Positions 11,261 to 23,716 of a stretch of DNA of 36,977 nt are shown one piece after another. Position 1 is the stretch's first letter. Each line of letters opens with the position of its first letter. The stretch covers positions 35,292,312 through 35,329,288 of the forward strand of contig NC_068996.1 of NCBI RefSeq assembly GCF_001194135.2, given 5' to 3'. A program made the position numbers and the translations under genes. This stretch comes from Octopus bimaculoides (taxonomy: Eukaryota). The notes beneath the pieces were generated by a model. It was not told where the DNA came from and searched no databases. It saw only the letters and a list, made by a program, of their open reading frames with translations.

Positions 11261-12689
11261 TAAATCGTGAAAGGAGAGAAAAAAGAAATTTTTTTTTAAA
11301 GAACGCGGAGGAGGGGTGAAGGAAAATGACGTAGGGAAAAAGAAAAGGAAAAGTTAGAAATAAATACGGAGAAAGTCATAAAGAAAGAAAAAATAAAGAC
11401 GAAAAAAAAGGAAAGAATGTAGTATAGGAATGATATCATCGTGTTATGATGGAATGAGAGAGAATGGTAACGTAGATGATGTCGGGGAATGCTATGAGAG
11501 GCTGTTTCTTACTATTTGCATCGCACCTACATATATACAAACACGCACGCACACACACATATATAGTTAGACATCATCTAATAAACATCGGCAACAAAAA
11601 TCAATATACAGAACAAGTGGCCAAAACAGAAAAACAACCTCTTAAGAGACGGGAAAGAGAAAGAGAGAGAGGGGGCAGGGGAGACAGAAAACGTGGGTGT
11701 AAAGAGACTCCTTAAGAAGCGATAGGAACGTGATAATACTCCACATGACTGTAAGAACTGCTGGATATATCTATCTTGATGGAGTCTCTATGTGGTCTAT
11801 TTGACCTGCGAAATACAATTGTCAAATATTCTTCACATCACTTCCTACTGTTTTTTAAAATAAGACACTTTAGATAATGATACACTGTACCAGAAAAGAA
11901 ACGAAATGGTAAGGTCACTGTTGGAACATCTTTGAAAGTATATCTACTGGATCAGGACTGAATCTAGGGATAGGGTTTAATTCCCACTACTACCCACATT
12001 CACCACCATCACCAATATAGAATGTGCTAGAATTTGCCCACATATTTCAATACAGTAGTGATGGAAATATGTTTCTTATGACTTAGTGGTGGAGGAGGGG
12101 GGGATCAACAGCCATAATTTTTTGTAAGGTTTCCAAAACCAGCAAGGAAATGACAGATGAAACCAAGTGTGATGAGTTAATTGCAGGCCAAAGGCTTGGT
12201 GTGGATGTTTTCCACAGAGAATGCGACTCAAGGTACCGATGAAGCAAATGGTGATGCTAAACAGGGAGACGGATTAATTCTACCATCCAGGAAGACATAC
12301 AGTCCCTCCAGATAGATTTTTCTCAAAGTTTCTATCAAATTTCATCCACAAGTCTTTGGACAACCTGAAGATATGGTAGAAATCACTTACTTGTTCTGGG
12401 TGTCAGTCTAGAATGAAACAAGAAGTCATGCGGTTGGGTTGTAAAGTAAATTTCACCTTTCACACCTACCCAGCAATGCCATTCTAAAACTAAACAATCA
12501 CATCATTGAAATCTCAAAGCTATGAGATAATTCATGATTGATTCAAAACAATGTCAATGAATAAGCATTACATTTGACAGAGTAATCTGAATGCTTAAAG
12601 GGTTAAACATACATCTATGACTGTACCTCATTAGCATTCAGTTTAAATAAGCACTTTATCACTTTTAATTAAGCACTTAGTTAGCTTTC

Positions 12690-12980
12690 ATCATCATCAT
12701 TTTATGTCTGCTTTCTATACTGATATAAATAAGAAATGTATTGATTTGAAAGAGGTCACAAACATGCATGTTTGTGTGTCTTGGTATGTTTGTGTGTATG
12801 TGTGTGAAGCATGTTGCACTTGTTACATTTTACTTTGGCATGAATTCTACAGCTTCATGCCCTTCCTAACTCCAACCACTTCACAGAGTGTAACTGGGTA
12901 TATTCTCTTATGGCACCTGCACAAGCAAGGTCATCATGTATTCTTCAAGATTCAAGAGAATTCTCACCTCTGTAACTTGT
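12690..12980 (-). mobile_element. Diverged, interrupted RTE-type 3' end
   Basis: TTCTACAGCTTCATGCCCTTCCTAACTCCAACCAC at about 12846-12880. (CAT)n at 12689-12700. Confidence 0.55.
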
Positions 12981-13204
12981 CACATACTTACTTATATGAG
13001 TAAATACACATTAATGTATCAAGCACAAGGAAAATTGTCCTTAATACAAAATGGAGAGTGATATGTAATTTAATGGCAGCTGAAACTTCCCCAGTGATGC
13101 TCCACATGTCACCTTTTGGTACATTGGGTTGTGTTATATGTTAAAACAGGTAAAACTCAGCAAGCTGTATATGTACATACATACATTTACATGTGTATGT
13201 ATTA

Positions 13205-13455
13205 TGTGTTAATTCTGACATTGTGCAATAATTGAAAGCAAGTGTCACCGCTGTACAAGTGATGTCATTTATTACCAATTTTCCATGGAAACATGTCTGC
13301 TGATAGGGGGGAAAATACCTTACTTGGAAACAGGTAAGGGTTGGCAACAGGAAGGACATCCAGCTGTAAAAAAATTCTGCTTCAATGAATTTTGTCTGAC
13401 CCATGCAAGCATAGGAAAGTGGGTGTTAAGCTAATTTGGTGATGATGATGATGAC
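13205..13455 (+). mobile_element. SINE family B 3' half
   Basis: Collinear with 19340-19560. (GAT)n tail. Confidence 0.7.
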
Positions 13456-13547
13456 GGTATATTAAGAAAAAAACACAAACTCACAAATACACATGCATAT
13501 TTGCATACATACACACATATGTACATATGTGTATATGTGTGTCATCA

Positions 13548-13808
13548 CTTGAGAAGACCTGTCAAGCCAAGTGAAACCATAGTCATGGCAGATACTGGTG
13601 TCATGCAACTGGCACCCATACCAGTGGTACGTTAAAGCATCTATTACCTTCTTGGGGTTGTTGGTGTTAGGAAGGGCATCCAGCTGTAGAAAACGATGCC
13701 AAATCGGACTGGAGTCTGGTGCAGCCCCTCAGCTTACCAATCCTGATCAAACCATTGAACCCATGGCAGCATGGACAATAGACGCTAAATGATGATGATA
13801 ATGATGAT
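13548..13808 (+). mobile_element. Older RTE-type LINE 3' end
   Basis: CTTGAGAAGACC...TTAGGAAGGGCATCCAGCTGTAGAAA...TAAATGATGATG. Confidence 0.75.
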
Positions 13809-13839
13809 GTATGAAAGTGTGTAAACAAGTATGTTTATA

Positions 13840-13940
13840 GGCACAAGAATGGCTGAGTGGTTAACAAGTGCGCTTCCTAACCATGTGGTTTTGCATTCAG
13901 TCCCACTACATGGCACCTTGGATATGTGTCTTCTACTATA
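13840..13940 (+). mobile_element. SINE family A head fragment
   Basis: TGGCTGAGTGG...CAGTCCCACTACATGGCACCTTGG...CTTCTACTATAG. Confidence 0.7.
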
Positions 13941-14004
13941 GTTTTGTACTGGATGTTTTTGGCATACAGAAGCTGTCAGGAAGTATGTTGTACATTATTT
14001 ACCT

Positions 14005-14015
14005 ATCTATCTATC

Positions 14016-14050
<35 letters not shown>

Positions 14051-14144
14051 GTGTGTGTGTGTGTGTGAATGTATGTATGTGTGTGTGTGTGTGTGAATGT
14101 ATGTATATGTGTGTGTGTGTGTGAATGTATGTATATATGAGTAG

Positions 14145-14175
<31 letters not shown>

Positions 14176-14205
14176 TTTACATTGTGTGTGTGTGTGTGTG
14201 TGTAG
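14005..14205. repeat. Compound (TA)n/(GT)n microsatellite block
   Basis: Read directly. Similar blocks occur at 7355-7440, 17285-17325, 23715-23800, 25693-25770, 26235-26355, 27131-27330 and 36910-36977. Confidence 0.95.
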
Positions 14206-14789
14206 GATAGTGAAGCATCCAGGAACTGAACCCGAATCATTGAGTTACTCAATCACTGATACAGTCTTCCAAGTATCTGCACTAAAGCAATTATCTCTAT
14301 GCATAAACAAAACACTATTTCTTCTTGGAAACTGGAGAATTCCATCTATTTCACAAAGGTCAAGAAAGTTTCTTTTTACATTCAACGTTAAAGGTTGATT
14401 GATTGGCATAAGTGTTGAGTGTCTTAAGTTCAAATCTCTACATAGTCAACTTTACCTTTCAGCCCTCCAGGGGTAATACATTAAAGTAACATCATGTACT
14501 TTTCTCTTTGATTTTTTGCTTTTGTTCCAATTTTTTATCTTTTAATTGTTTCAGCTACTGGACTGCAGCCATGCTAGGGTACCACCTTGTAATTAAAATT
14601 GAAAGTGTTGATATCAGAAATTATTATGAAAATTGGGCTGAGAATTTTTTATCAATGCCAACAACTATAGATTCTTGAAAATGTGCAATCTATTCTCTAA
14701 TTTCTGTCTTTGTTAATTTGTTAGATTCATGAATTTGTCATTGTTAGATTTAAGAAAAAATTTATGAAACATTCTTAGTTGTAATTATA

Positions 14790-15060
14790 ATGAACCATCA
14801 TTATCATCACCTTCATCATTTTAACACTAACTCTTTTCCTTGCTTGCAGGGGCCAGCAAAATCTGTTGATGTAGATTTTTCTACTGGTGGGTACTCTTCC
14901 TCTCACAAATCCTCTCCTACTTCCAAACAAGGTAAATATTTCAACTGGTCCTGTGAACATGAACAACACAAAGGCCAAACATATCTGTATGGAAGATTGC
15001 AAATAAATGACATAACTTGTATGACAGTGAAACTTGTTTACAATTAACATATGATGTCAA
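14790..15060 (-). mobile_element. Diverged SINE family B 3' half
   Basis: The reverse complement aligns to 13230-13455, with a (CAT)n tail on the left. Confidence 0.55.
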
Positions 15061-15079
15061 GGTGCGCACATACGCATGC

Positions 15080-15116
<37 letters not shown>

Positions 15117-15495
15117 CTGGACCTGTTAATTTCTTTTTTGCCATATCCACTCAAAGCTTTCCTCAGTACAAGGCTATAATAGAACACACTTGTGCAAAGT
15201 ACCATGCAGGGTGGCAGAACTCAAAACCATGAAGTTGCAAAGCAAACATTACTACACAACCATGTTGTGCTTATTATACCAATTTAAATATTTTCAATCC
15301 ATTTTTTTATGAAGTAATATGCATTTTTTTCTTCATAGAATCTGCCAATGACAAGTTGGCTAAATGATNNNNNNNNNNNNNNNNNNNNNNNNNNNNNNNN
15401 NNNNNNNNNNNNNNNNNNNNNNNNNNNNNNNNNNNNNNNNNNNNNNNNNNNNNNNNNNNNNNNNNNNNNNNNNNNNNNNNNNNNNNNNNNNNNNN

Positions 15496-15730
15496 TATAT
15501 ATATATATATATATATGTATGTTTGTGTATATGTTTATGTGTCCCCCCAACATTGTTTGACAACCAATGGTATGTTTACGTCCCCATAACTTAGCAGTTC
15601 GGCAAAAGAGACCGATAGAATAAGTACTAGGCTTACAAAGAATAAGTCCTGGGGTCGATTTGCTCGACTAAAGGTGGTGCTCCAGCATGGCTGCAGTTAA
15701 ATGACTGAAACAAGTAAAAGAGTAAAAGAG
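15496..15730 (+). mobile_element. SINE family A 3' half
   Basis: GACCGATAGAATAAGTACTAGGCTTACAAAGAATAAGTCCTGGGGTCGA...GAAACAAGTAAAAGAGTAAAAG, following a gap. Confidence 0.85.
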
Positions 15731-16439
15731 TAATGAGAACTTCAACATGGAAGCTTCTATGTTCCACTTTGCTCAAATCACATCTTTAAAAAAAGGAAAG
15801 GACAACTTTAGTACTACAAATTCTTTTAATATTACAGAAAAGAGTCACACGATGGATTCTTCAAGAAGCACCAACTGCTTGCAGGAGGCCTAGGAGTAGA
15901 CCAAGAACCATATGATTCAATAATATCTATAGTCTCAGTTGGTCACTCTTGGGAATCCAGCAAGAAAGTGTGATGGCAGTTGATTCTTATAAGATTCTAT
16001 GGAGGAGGTGCTTGAGGACTCTACCCCTATGACCCACCAAGGAATAGTAGGCAGAGAAAATGGATGTAAGGGTATTAGTTTACGTAATCCTAGATAAGCT
16101 GTCTGCAAGGAAAAGTACATTTGTTATTTCAACAGTGCCATTGCTTTCACAAACATTGTATATGTCCCAATAATAAAATACTGGCTTTTCTACTTGGATT
16201 AATATACACAGCCACCCTCCAACAATATCAATATTTACATAAGACCTGCTAGAAATAGAAGGCAAATTTCCCTCATATCATACCACTATCGTCTTGAATA
16301 AAGAAAGGCTACATTAGGTAATGCGATCCTATATACCTGTAAATGGACAGAATGGATAGTCATGGTAGGAATGTCTTTGATCATTGGTCTGTCTAGTCAG
16401 GACTGACTTGGGGTTAAGCGACAACAACAAAAACAGCAA

Positions 16440-16770
16440 CACCCTGTAAAATTCGACACAACCACCACACCACCTCCACCGTTATTACTACTAGTATTAC
16501 TATCACTATTGCTACTTTAACCAGCCACTACCATCCATACAATCAGCAACTAACCGCTACTGTCAAAACTGTTGATATCTACTACCACTACTACTTCCAT
16601 CCAAACAACCATCACAACAATCTCCTCCACCACCACAACAATAACATTACCATCACCAGTACAGCCATTGTCACTACAACCACAATCATGATCACCACCA
16701 CCATCACCACCACCATGACCACCGCTATCATCACTCCATCACTACTACCTCAGCGTCTGCCACTAGCTGC
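16440..16770. repeat. Degenerate (ACC/ACT/ACA)n low-complexity tract
   Basis: Read directly from the sequence. Confidence 0.85.
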
Positions 16771-17518
16771 TGCTTGTTTTCCTCCAATGCACTCCTACCC
16801 ACCCTGACATCTGAATGTTGTCATGCCATGAGTCACTCTCTGAAGGTACAAGTATTGCTGGCTCATGCAGGGACATGCAACATGCATGGTGTGCTCAGTC
16901 ATACACACACACACATTTCTATACACTAATAATATACTCCTCCTCTTTCTCAGCTTCCCTCTATTTCCGTTTAGAAAATACTCCACCTCCTAATCAATGA
17001 ATGAGGGAGAGGGAAACAGGTAAAGTGAGAGAGAGAGAGAAACCAGACAGACAGACAGGGCAAGGGCATGTCTACAGAGTGTGTTCATGCTCCTTTGAAT
17101 GGTGATATACTCTTGCAAATGGTTCCAGATTCCATAATAAGAGGAACATGGAAATTATTTTAGTTTGTTCTGTTTTGTACATAGTATTTATTTTTATTTA
17201 AATTCTTGTCGTTTTCCGGAAATTAATTTAGTTTCCTCAACTGTAAACAACGTTTATTTTTATGTTTGTTTAAATTAAAATAATTATAATAATAATGATA
17301 ATAATAATAATAATAATAATAATAACCATGATAATATTTCTAGATTAATATTATTTGCTCTCTTTCTCTTGTTTTGTACAATGATTATTAATAAAAATAT
17401 TGTTGTTGTATAAAATAATTACAACTGTGACTAAACAAAATCTATATAAAATGGAATAGAAAGCATTTTAACAACATCAATTACAACTTGTTTTTGATAA
17501 GTCACTTTAATAATAATA

Positions 17519-17745
17519 TCGTTTAACGTCCGCTTTCCATGCTAGCATGGGTTGGACGATTTGACTGAGGACTGGCGAACCAGATGGCGGCACCAGGCTC
17601 CAATCTGATCTGGCAGAGTTTCTACAGTTGGATGCCCTTCCTAACGCCAACCACTCCGAGAGTGTAGTGGGTGCTTTTATGTGCTACTGGCATGAGGGCC
17701 AGTCAGGCGGTACTGGCAACGGCCATGCTCAAATGGTGTTTTCAT
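17519..17745 (-). mobile_element. Young RTE-type LINE 3' end
   Basis: Reverse complement of the 24277 and 29663 copies. Confidence 0.85.
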
Positions 17746-17879
17746 AGCTATGTGTTGAGAGGAATTCTTTGGGGTTTGTGTAATTCACATCTGGAAATAT
17801 GGGTGTTTGTACATCACCCTTAAACAAACTTTATTCAGGGAACCTTTGAGTGGGATGGGCTACATGAATGGATGGAAGT

Positions 17880-18105
17880 CAAAGTTGATTCTGATGGAAT
17901 TTGAACTCATAATGTAATAAGTGGGAACACATACCATTATGCATTTTGTCCTATGCTTTAAAGATTCTAACAGCTCACAGCCTTTTTTTTTCTAATTTTG
18001 GCACAAGGCCAGCATTTTTAATATATAACAGCCTCAGTACTCAACTGGTATTTTATTTTATTGACCACGGAGAGATGGAAAGTAAAGCTGACCTGGTGGG
18101 ATTTT
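17880..18105 (-). mobile_element. SINE family D fragments
   Basis: GGCACAAGGCCAGCA...TTTATTGACCACGGAGAGATGGAAAGTAAAGCTGACC is the inverse of the 385-530 motif. Confidence 0.55.
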
Positions 18106-18419
18106 TCTTCCATGTTTTAACAAATACTGAAATTTTTCAAAAAATATTTTGTTTTTTGTATCAAGTTTTGGGGCCAATTCAGTATACTAAAACTCTAGCC
18201 CAAAATGTGTCCTGATTGGAAACCATAATCATTCTAGAGATTATATGCTGGTTGAATCCCATGACCTCTATGTCATAGAAAAAGTATTAAAATTTTCAAG
18301 TCCATGTACTCTTCTATAATGAGAGTAGTCATGTAGTTCTGCAGCAAGAAACCTATTCTTTTCTGGTTCCTTCTCTCATCTCATAACATAAAGCTACTTC
18401 CCTCTCTACTCTAGCTCCA

Positions 18420-18665
18420 CTCAGTCAAAGGAGTGTCTTAGTTTTGCTAGCTGTGTGGTGATCTCATTAGTGGTGGTGTTGGTATTGCGAAGGTAGGCAT
18501 CCAACTGTGGAAACCATGCCAAAGCAGACACTGGAGCTTGATGCAGTGTTTGGATCCATTAGATTTGTGTTACATCATTCAACCCACGCCCATGCCTGCA
18601 TGGATATACATTAAATGGTAATGATAATAATGGCAATGGTAATGAAGATGATAACGATGATGAGG
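18420..18665 (+). mobile_element. Diverged RTE-type 3' end
   Basis: GCATCCAACTGTGGAAACCATGCCAAAGCAGACACTGGAGC...CATTAAATG and a degenerate (GAT/AAT) tail. Confidence 0.6.
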
Positions 18666-19154
18666 AGGAGCAGGGAGAAGAGGAGGATGAACTGCATTAT
18701 GCAAAAAAAAACCAGCCTAGTAGAAGCACTAATCAATTGTACAGTGCTCCCACTACTGCAATAGGCTTTATTTATACAAGATATTGATTTATATTCTTGG
18801 TGAAGTCGTCATTCAAAAGCTGTCATTACCACCGACGCAAAACTATGTTGAGTCTATGTCAATGGTTACCTATTTTGTCATGAATTCGATATCTCGTCCT
18901 TTAATATTGGTGATATAATTATGGTTTTTGTCTGTCTGGAAAATTTTGTGACTTATGGCATAAAAATTAATATATTCTATATATTCTATATAGTTATTAT
19001 TGCAAATACTTTCAAAATATGGCTTCCCTTTCTACAAGTAATGTATACGTGTGTGTGTGTGTGTGATATGTAAACACCAATTTGAGATGAAAGAGTAGCA
19101 GCCAATACAACTGTTTATTGTTTGATATTGTCTGCATTAAAACCTTAGCTATTC

Positions 19155-19282
19155 AGGATGTGTGGTTAAGAAGTTTGTTTCTTAGTCATGTGGTTTCAGG
19201 CTCAATCCCAATGTGTGACACCTTGGGCAAGTTTCAACTATTATAGTCCTGGGCTGACCAAAGTCTTATCAGTGAATTTGGT

Positions 19283-19316
<34 letters not shown>

Positions 19317-19560
19317 TATGTTAGTGTCTACTCGTCTTGACATCACACTATAGTTGTAAAATGAGTGTTACTGTCATATAAATGGTGTCTCTCATTTCCA
19401 ATCTTCCATGAAAATATGTCCAGCTTGGCAACAACTGAGGGTTGGCAACAACTGAGGGTTGGCGACAGGAAGGGCACCCAGCTGTAGAAAATCTGCCTTA
19501 ATAAATACAATCTGACACAAACAAGGATAGAGAAGTGGACATTAAAGCTTCATGATGATG
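19155..19560 (+). mobile_element. SINE with family-A head but RTE-derived tail (family B)
   Basis: The head matches family A. After (GT)n, the tail GGTTGGCGACAGGAAGGGCACCCAGCTGTAGAAAATCTGCC...GACATTAAA..TGATGATG matches the RTE 3' UTR. 17-bp tandem duplication at 19425-19458. Confidence 0.75.
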
Positions 19561-19584
19561 ACAATGGTGAATATAATATATAAG

Positions 19585-20235
19585 CGCAGATGTGGCTGTG
19601 TAGTAAGAAGTTTGCTTCCCAACTACATCATTCCAGGTTCAGTCCTACTGCATGGCACCTTGAGCCAGTGTCTTTTACTATAGCCTCAGACTGAAGAAAG
19701 CCTTGTGTATAGATTTGGTAGATGGAAACAGAAAGAAGCCTATCATANNNNNNNNNNNNNNNNNNNNNNNNNNNNNNNNNNNNNNNNNNNNNNNNNNNNN
19801 NNNNNNNNNNNNNNNNNNNNNNNNNNNNNNNNNNNNNNNNNNNNNNNNNNNNNNNNNNNNNNNNNNNNNNNNNNNNNNNNNNNNNNNNNNNNNNNNNNNN
19901 NNNNNNNNNNNNNNNNNNNNNNNNNNNNNNNNNNNNNNNNNNNNNNNNNNNNNNNNNNNNNNNNNNNNNNNNNNNNNNNNNNNNNNNNNNNNNNNNNNNN
20001 NNNNNNNNNNNNNNNNNNNNNNNNNNNNNNNNNNNNNNNNNNNNNNNNNNNNNNNNNNNNNNNNNNNNNNNNNNNNNNNNNNNNNNNNNNNNNNNNNNNN
20101 NNNNNNNNNNNNNNNNNNNNNNNNNNNNNNNNNNNNNNNNNNNNNNNNNNNNNNNNNNNNNNNNNNNNNNNNNNNNNNNNNNNNNNNNNNNNNNNNNNNN
20201 NNNNNNNNNNNNNNNNNNNNNNNNNNNNNNNNNNN

Positions 20236-20296
<61 letters not shown>

Positions 20297-20490
20297 CTGT
20301 GTTTGTCGCCCTACCATCGCTTGACAACCGATGCTGGTGTGTTTAGGTCCCCGTAACTTAGCAGTTTGGCAAAAGAACCAATCAATAGAATAAGTACTAG
20401 GCTTACAAAGAATAAGTCCTGGGGTCAATTTGGTCGACTAAAGGCAGTGCTCCAGCATGGCCACAGTCAAATGACTGAAACAAGTAAAAT
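19585..20490 (+). mobile_element. SINE family A with a gap in the central microsatellite
   Basis: Head at 19585-19747 and tail at about 20290-20490. Confidence 0.85.
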
Positions 20491-20678
20491 ATATATACAC
20501 ATACACGCACACACACACACACACACACATTACTTTTTTTGTTTTGTTTATATAGGACTGCAGTGTTCAATGTATCCTTATAAAGAAAGGTTGAAATTTA
20601 TGAAATAGTGAAAACACTTTTAAACATTAATTAAAAAAAATCTAAAGTATAAAACCATGAAATATGAAAGCACTTTGA

Positions 20679-21112
20679 TTTATTTATTTATTCTTTTACA
20701 TGTTTCAGTCATTTGATTGTGGCTATGCTGGAGTACCACCTTAAAGGGGTTTAGTTGAAGAAATCTTCCCCAGGACTTATTTTCTGTAAGCCTAGTACTT
20801 ATCCTATCGGTCTCTTTTCTCTTTTGCCTCACATGGTGGGAGGACAAACACACACACAAAGACATACACACACATAAATATATATATGTATATATATACG
20901 ATGGGCTTCTTTCAGTCTCTGTCTACCAATTCCACTCACAAGCATTTAGTTAGCCCGAAGCTATTGTAGAAGACACTTGCCCAAGGTGCTACACAACAGG
21001 ACTGAACCCAGAACCATGTGGTTGGGAAGCAAGCTTCTTACCACACAACCATGCCTGTGTCTATCCGCACAGCTACACCTGTGCCTATCCACACAGCCAT
21101 GCCTGCACCTAT
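20679..21112 (-). mobile_element. SINE family A with triplicated 24-nt 5' end
   Basis: Full body on the minus strand. 24-nt units at 21041-64, 21065-88 and 21089-112. Confidence 0.85.
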
Positions 21113-21359
21113 ACAATATTTCCTTTGTTTCTTTAAAATTATAACTGTTATAAGATTATTGTCATCATAGCAAAGTGTAAGTTAGACAAAAAGTGATACA
21201 GACGTAAATCTAAATGTAAAGATTGAGACAGAAAAAAAGAAAGAGGATGTGATTGCAGTCAATGAGAGTTGTGGCTTTAGGACAGAGACGATGTCTAAAA
21301 TAAACAATAAAAGCAACATTTTTATTAGAATATATGAAAATTAGAACGTCTAAGATTTT

Positions 21360-21706
21360 CACAATTAGAATGCTGGACCTTATGAAGGAGATGGCTGAGG
21401 ACTGAGATATGTTGTGAATTGCTGTACTCAAGAAGACCTGCCCACCACAACAGAAATGAGATGCTAAAACCAAGGTGTGGGTTCTGGTACCACATAAAAA
21501 GTATTGGTGATGATGCCACATACACACGTACCCAGTATAATCTGTGGAGTAGTTGGTGTTCGGAAGTGCATCTAGCTGCAGAAACCAAACCATAAACAGA
21601 CTATGAAACTTGGTATGGACCCTGACCTTGCCAGTCCCAGTCAAGCTGTCCAACCCATGCCAGCATGGAAAATAGATGTTAAATGTTGATGATGATGATG
21701 ATGATT
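21360..21706 (+). mobile_element. RTE-type LINE 3' end including ORF terminus
   Basis: IRMLDLMKEMAED*DML*IAVLKKT, a decayed DR..WR terminus, followed by the shared 3' UTR and (GAT)n. This links the UTR family to a LINE. Confidence 0.7.
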
Positions 21707-21709
21707 CTA

Positions 21710-22811
21710 GATTGATCCAAAATTTAGAGTTTCTGTCACAAATGTATATCAGTTCAAACTGGAAGATGCCGGTATTATTAAACGTGCTCTCAAATTTAAN
21801 NNNNNNNNNNNNNNNNNNNNNNNNNNNNNNNNNNNNNNNNNNNNNNNNNNNNNNNNNNNNNNNNNNNNNNNNNNNNNNNNNNNNNNNNNNNNNNNNNNNT
21901 CAATCGATAATCGATCAAAGGGGTGAATCGTCGATTTATATTCCCTCCACTGGGTACGAAAGTGCACGAGTTACATGTATTTTGGCAGATCGTCTCGATG
22001 GAAGTAAAAAGGTCCACCTTTAATCATCACCAAAGACAAGAAGGACAGAATTGAACGCGTTTCAGGCATCTGTGTTGTGGAAACTGAAAAAGCCATGGTG
22101 TACACAGGCAGTTTTAAGGAAAATGGATCGATTCCATGCTGCCATTGATTTTGCGAGGAAGCGAAAGAGGTTTTGATGGTTTGGGATTCAGCCAGCAGGC
22201 ACAGGGGCAAAAGACATGAAGATCTAACTTCCTTGCAGAAAAGGAGAATAAGATCAAATCCTGATTCCTGTAGAAATGACTGCTGATCTCCAGGCTCTTG
22301 ATATTGCAATAAATAAACCATCCAAGGACCATTTACGCATGGAAATTTAATGACTACATCGAAAGCAGAATAGTGAGAAATGAGAGTGGAAATTTCGTGA
22401 AGCCCAAACTACAAGAGATCGGGACTTGGGTGACAAATCCATGGAACAAAATCACAGACAGCTGTGTTGCCATTGCGCTACGAGCGAGGCCTACCTGGAT
22501 AAGAACTTCTCATTCGTGAGGCCCAGACTGAAAGATATCGGGACTTGGGTGACAAATCCATGGAACAAAATCACATGAATTTATCCAGGCTACCTGGAAT
22601 AAGAACTTCTCATTCCATGAGACCTCTATTATTGCTCGACATGAGAGAATAGGAGCGAAAACTCGGCTGGAATTTTGGAAATCGATGATATGATTGTTTT
22701 TGAATAAATGGTTGTTAACGAGTTTCTGAATATCAAAGAAGAAACATGTTAATGGTAAGTAAATGTAGATCGTTTTTCGTAATTTCTGTTTATTTAGAAA
22801 TCTCGTAATTT
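21710..22811 (+). mobile_element. Decayed pogo/Tigger-like DNA transposon with frameshifted DDE_1-type transposase
   Basis: Peptides read across frames: QSIIDQRGESSIYIPSTGYESARVTCILA, KWIDSMLPLILRG, MVWDSASRH, LIPVEMTADLQALDIAINKPSKDHLRME, GTWVTNPWNKITDSCV. These match pogo motifs (TGHEK, LVWD..H, LQPLD..NKPFK). Interrupted by one gap and running into another. Confidence 0.88.
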
Positions 22812-23472
22812 NNNNNNNNNNNNNNNNNNNNNNNNNNNNNNNNNNNNNNNNNNNNNNNNNNNNNNNNNNNNNNNNNNNNNNNNNNNNNNNNNNNNNNNNN
22901 NNNNNNNNNNNNNNNNNNNNNNNNNNNNNNNNNNNNNNNNNNNNNNNNNNNNNNNNNNNNNNNNNNNNNNNNNNNNNNNNNNNNNNNNNNNNNNNNNNNN
23001 NNNNNNNNNNNNNNNNNNNNNNNNNNNNNNNNNNNNNNNNNNNNNNNNNNNNNNNNNNNNNNNNNNNNNNNNNNNNNNNNNNNNNNNNNNNNNNNNNNNN
23101 NNNNNNNNNNNNNNNNNNNNNNNNNNNNNNNNNNNNNNNNNNNNNNNNNNNNNNNNNNNNNNNNNNNNNNNNNNNNNNNNNNNNNNNNNNNNNNNNNNNN
23201 NNNNNNNNNNNNNNNNNNNNNNNNNNNNNNNNNNNNNNNNNNNNNNNNNNNNNNNNNNNNNNNNNNNNNNNNNNNNNNNNNNNNNNNNNNNNNNNNNNNN
23301 NNNNNNNNNNNNNNNNNNNNNNNNNNNNNNNNNNNNNNNNNNNNNNNNNNNNNNNNNNNNNNNNNNNNNNNNNNNNNNNNNNNNNNNNNNNNNNNNNNNN
23401 NNNNNNNNNNNNNNNNNNNNNNNNNNNNNNNNNNNNNNNNNNNNNNNNNNNNNNNNNNNNNNNNNNNNNNNN

Positions 23473-23716
23473 GGGGGATATTCAACGTGACACAGAGTGT
23501 GACAAGGCTGACCCTTTGAATTACAGGTACAACAGAAACAGGAAGAAAGAGTGAGAGAAGGTTGTGGTGAAAGAGTACAGCAGGGTTTGCCACCCATCCC
23601 CTGCAGGAGCCTCGTGGAGCTTTTAGGTGTTTTTCGCTCAATAAACGCTCACAACACCCGGTCTGGGAATCGAAACCGCGAGTCCGCTGCCCTAACCACT
23701 GGGCCATTGCGCCTCA
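23473..23716 (-). mobile_element. SINE family C' 5' part
   Basis: Near-identical reverse complement of 28167-28384. Confidence 0.85.

Noticed and set aside
15935-16120. Minus-strand acceptor-like TTTTCCTTGCAG followed by a 61-aa ORF
   Set aside because: No recognisable domain, no donor before the stop and no supporting neighbouring exons.
16440-16770. Thr-rich mucin-like coding exon
   Set aside because: Degenerate trinucleotide tract with no ORF in the track and no splice signals identified.
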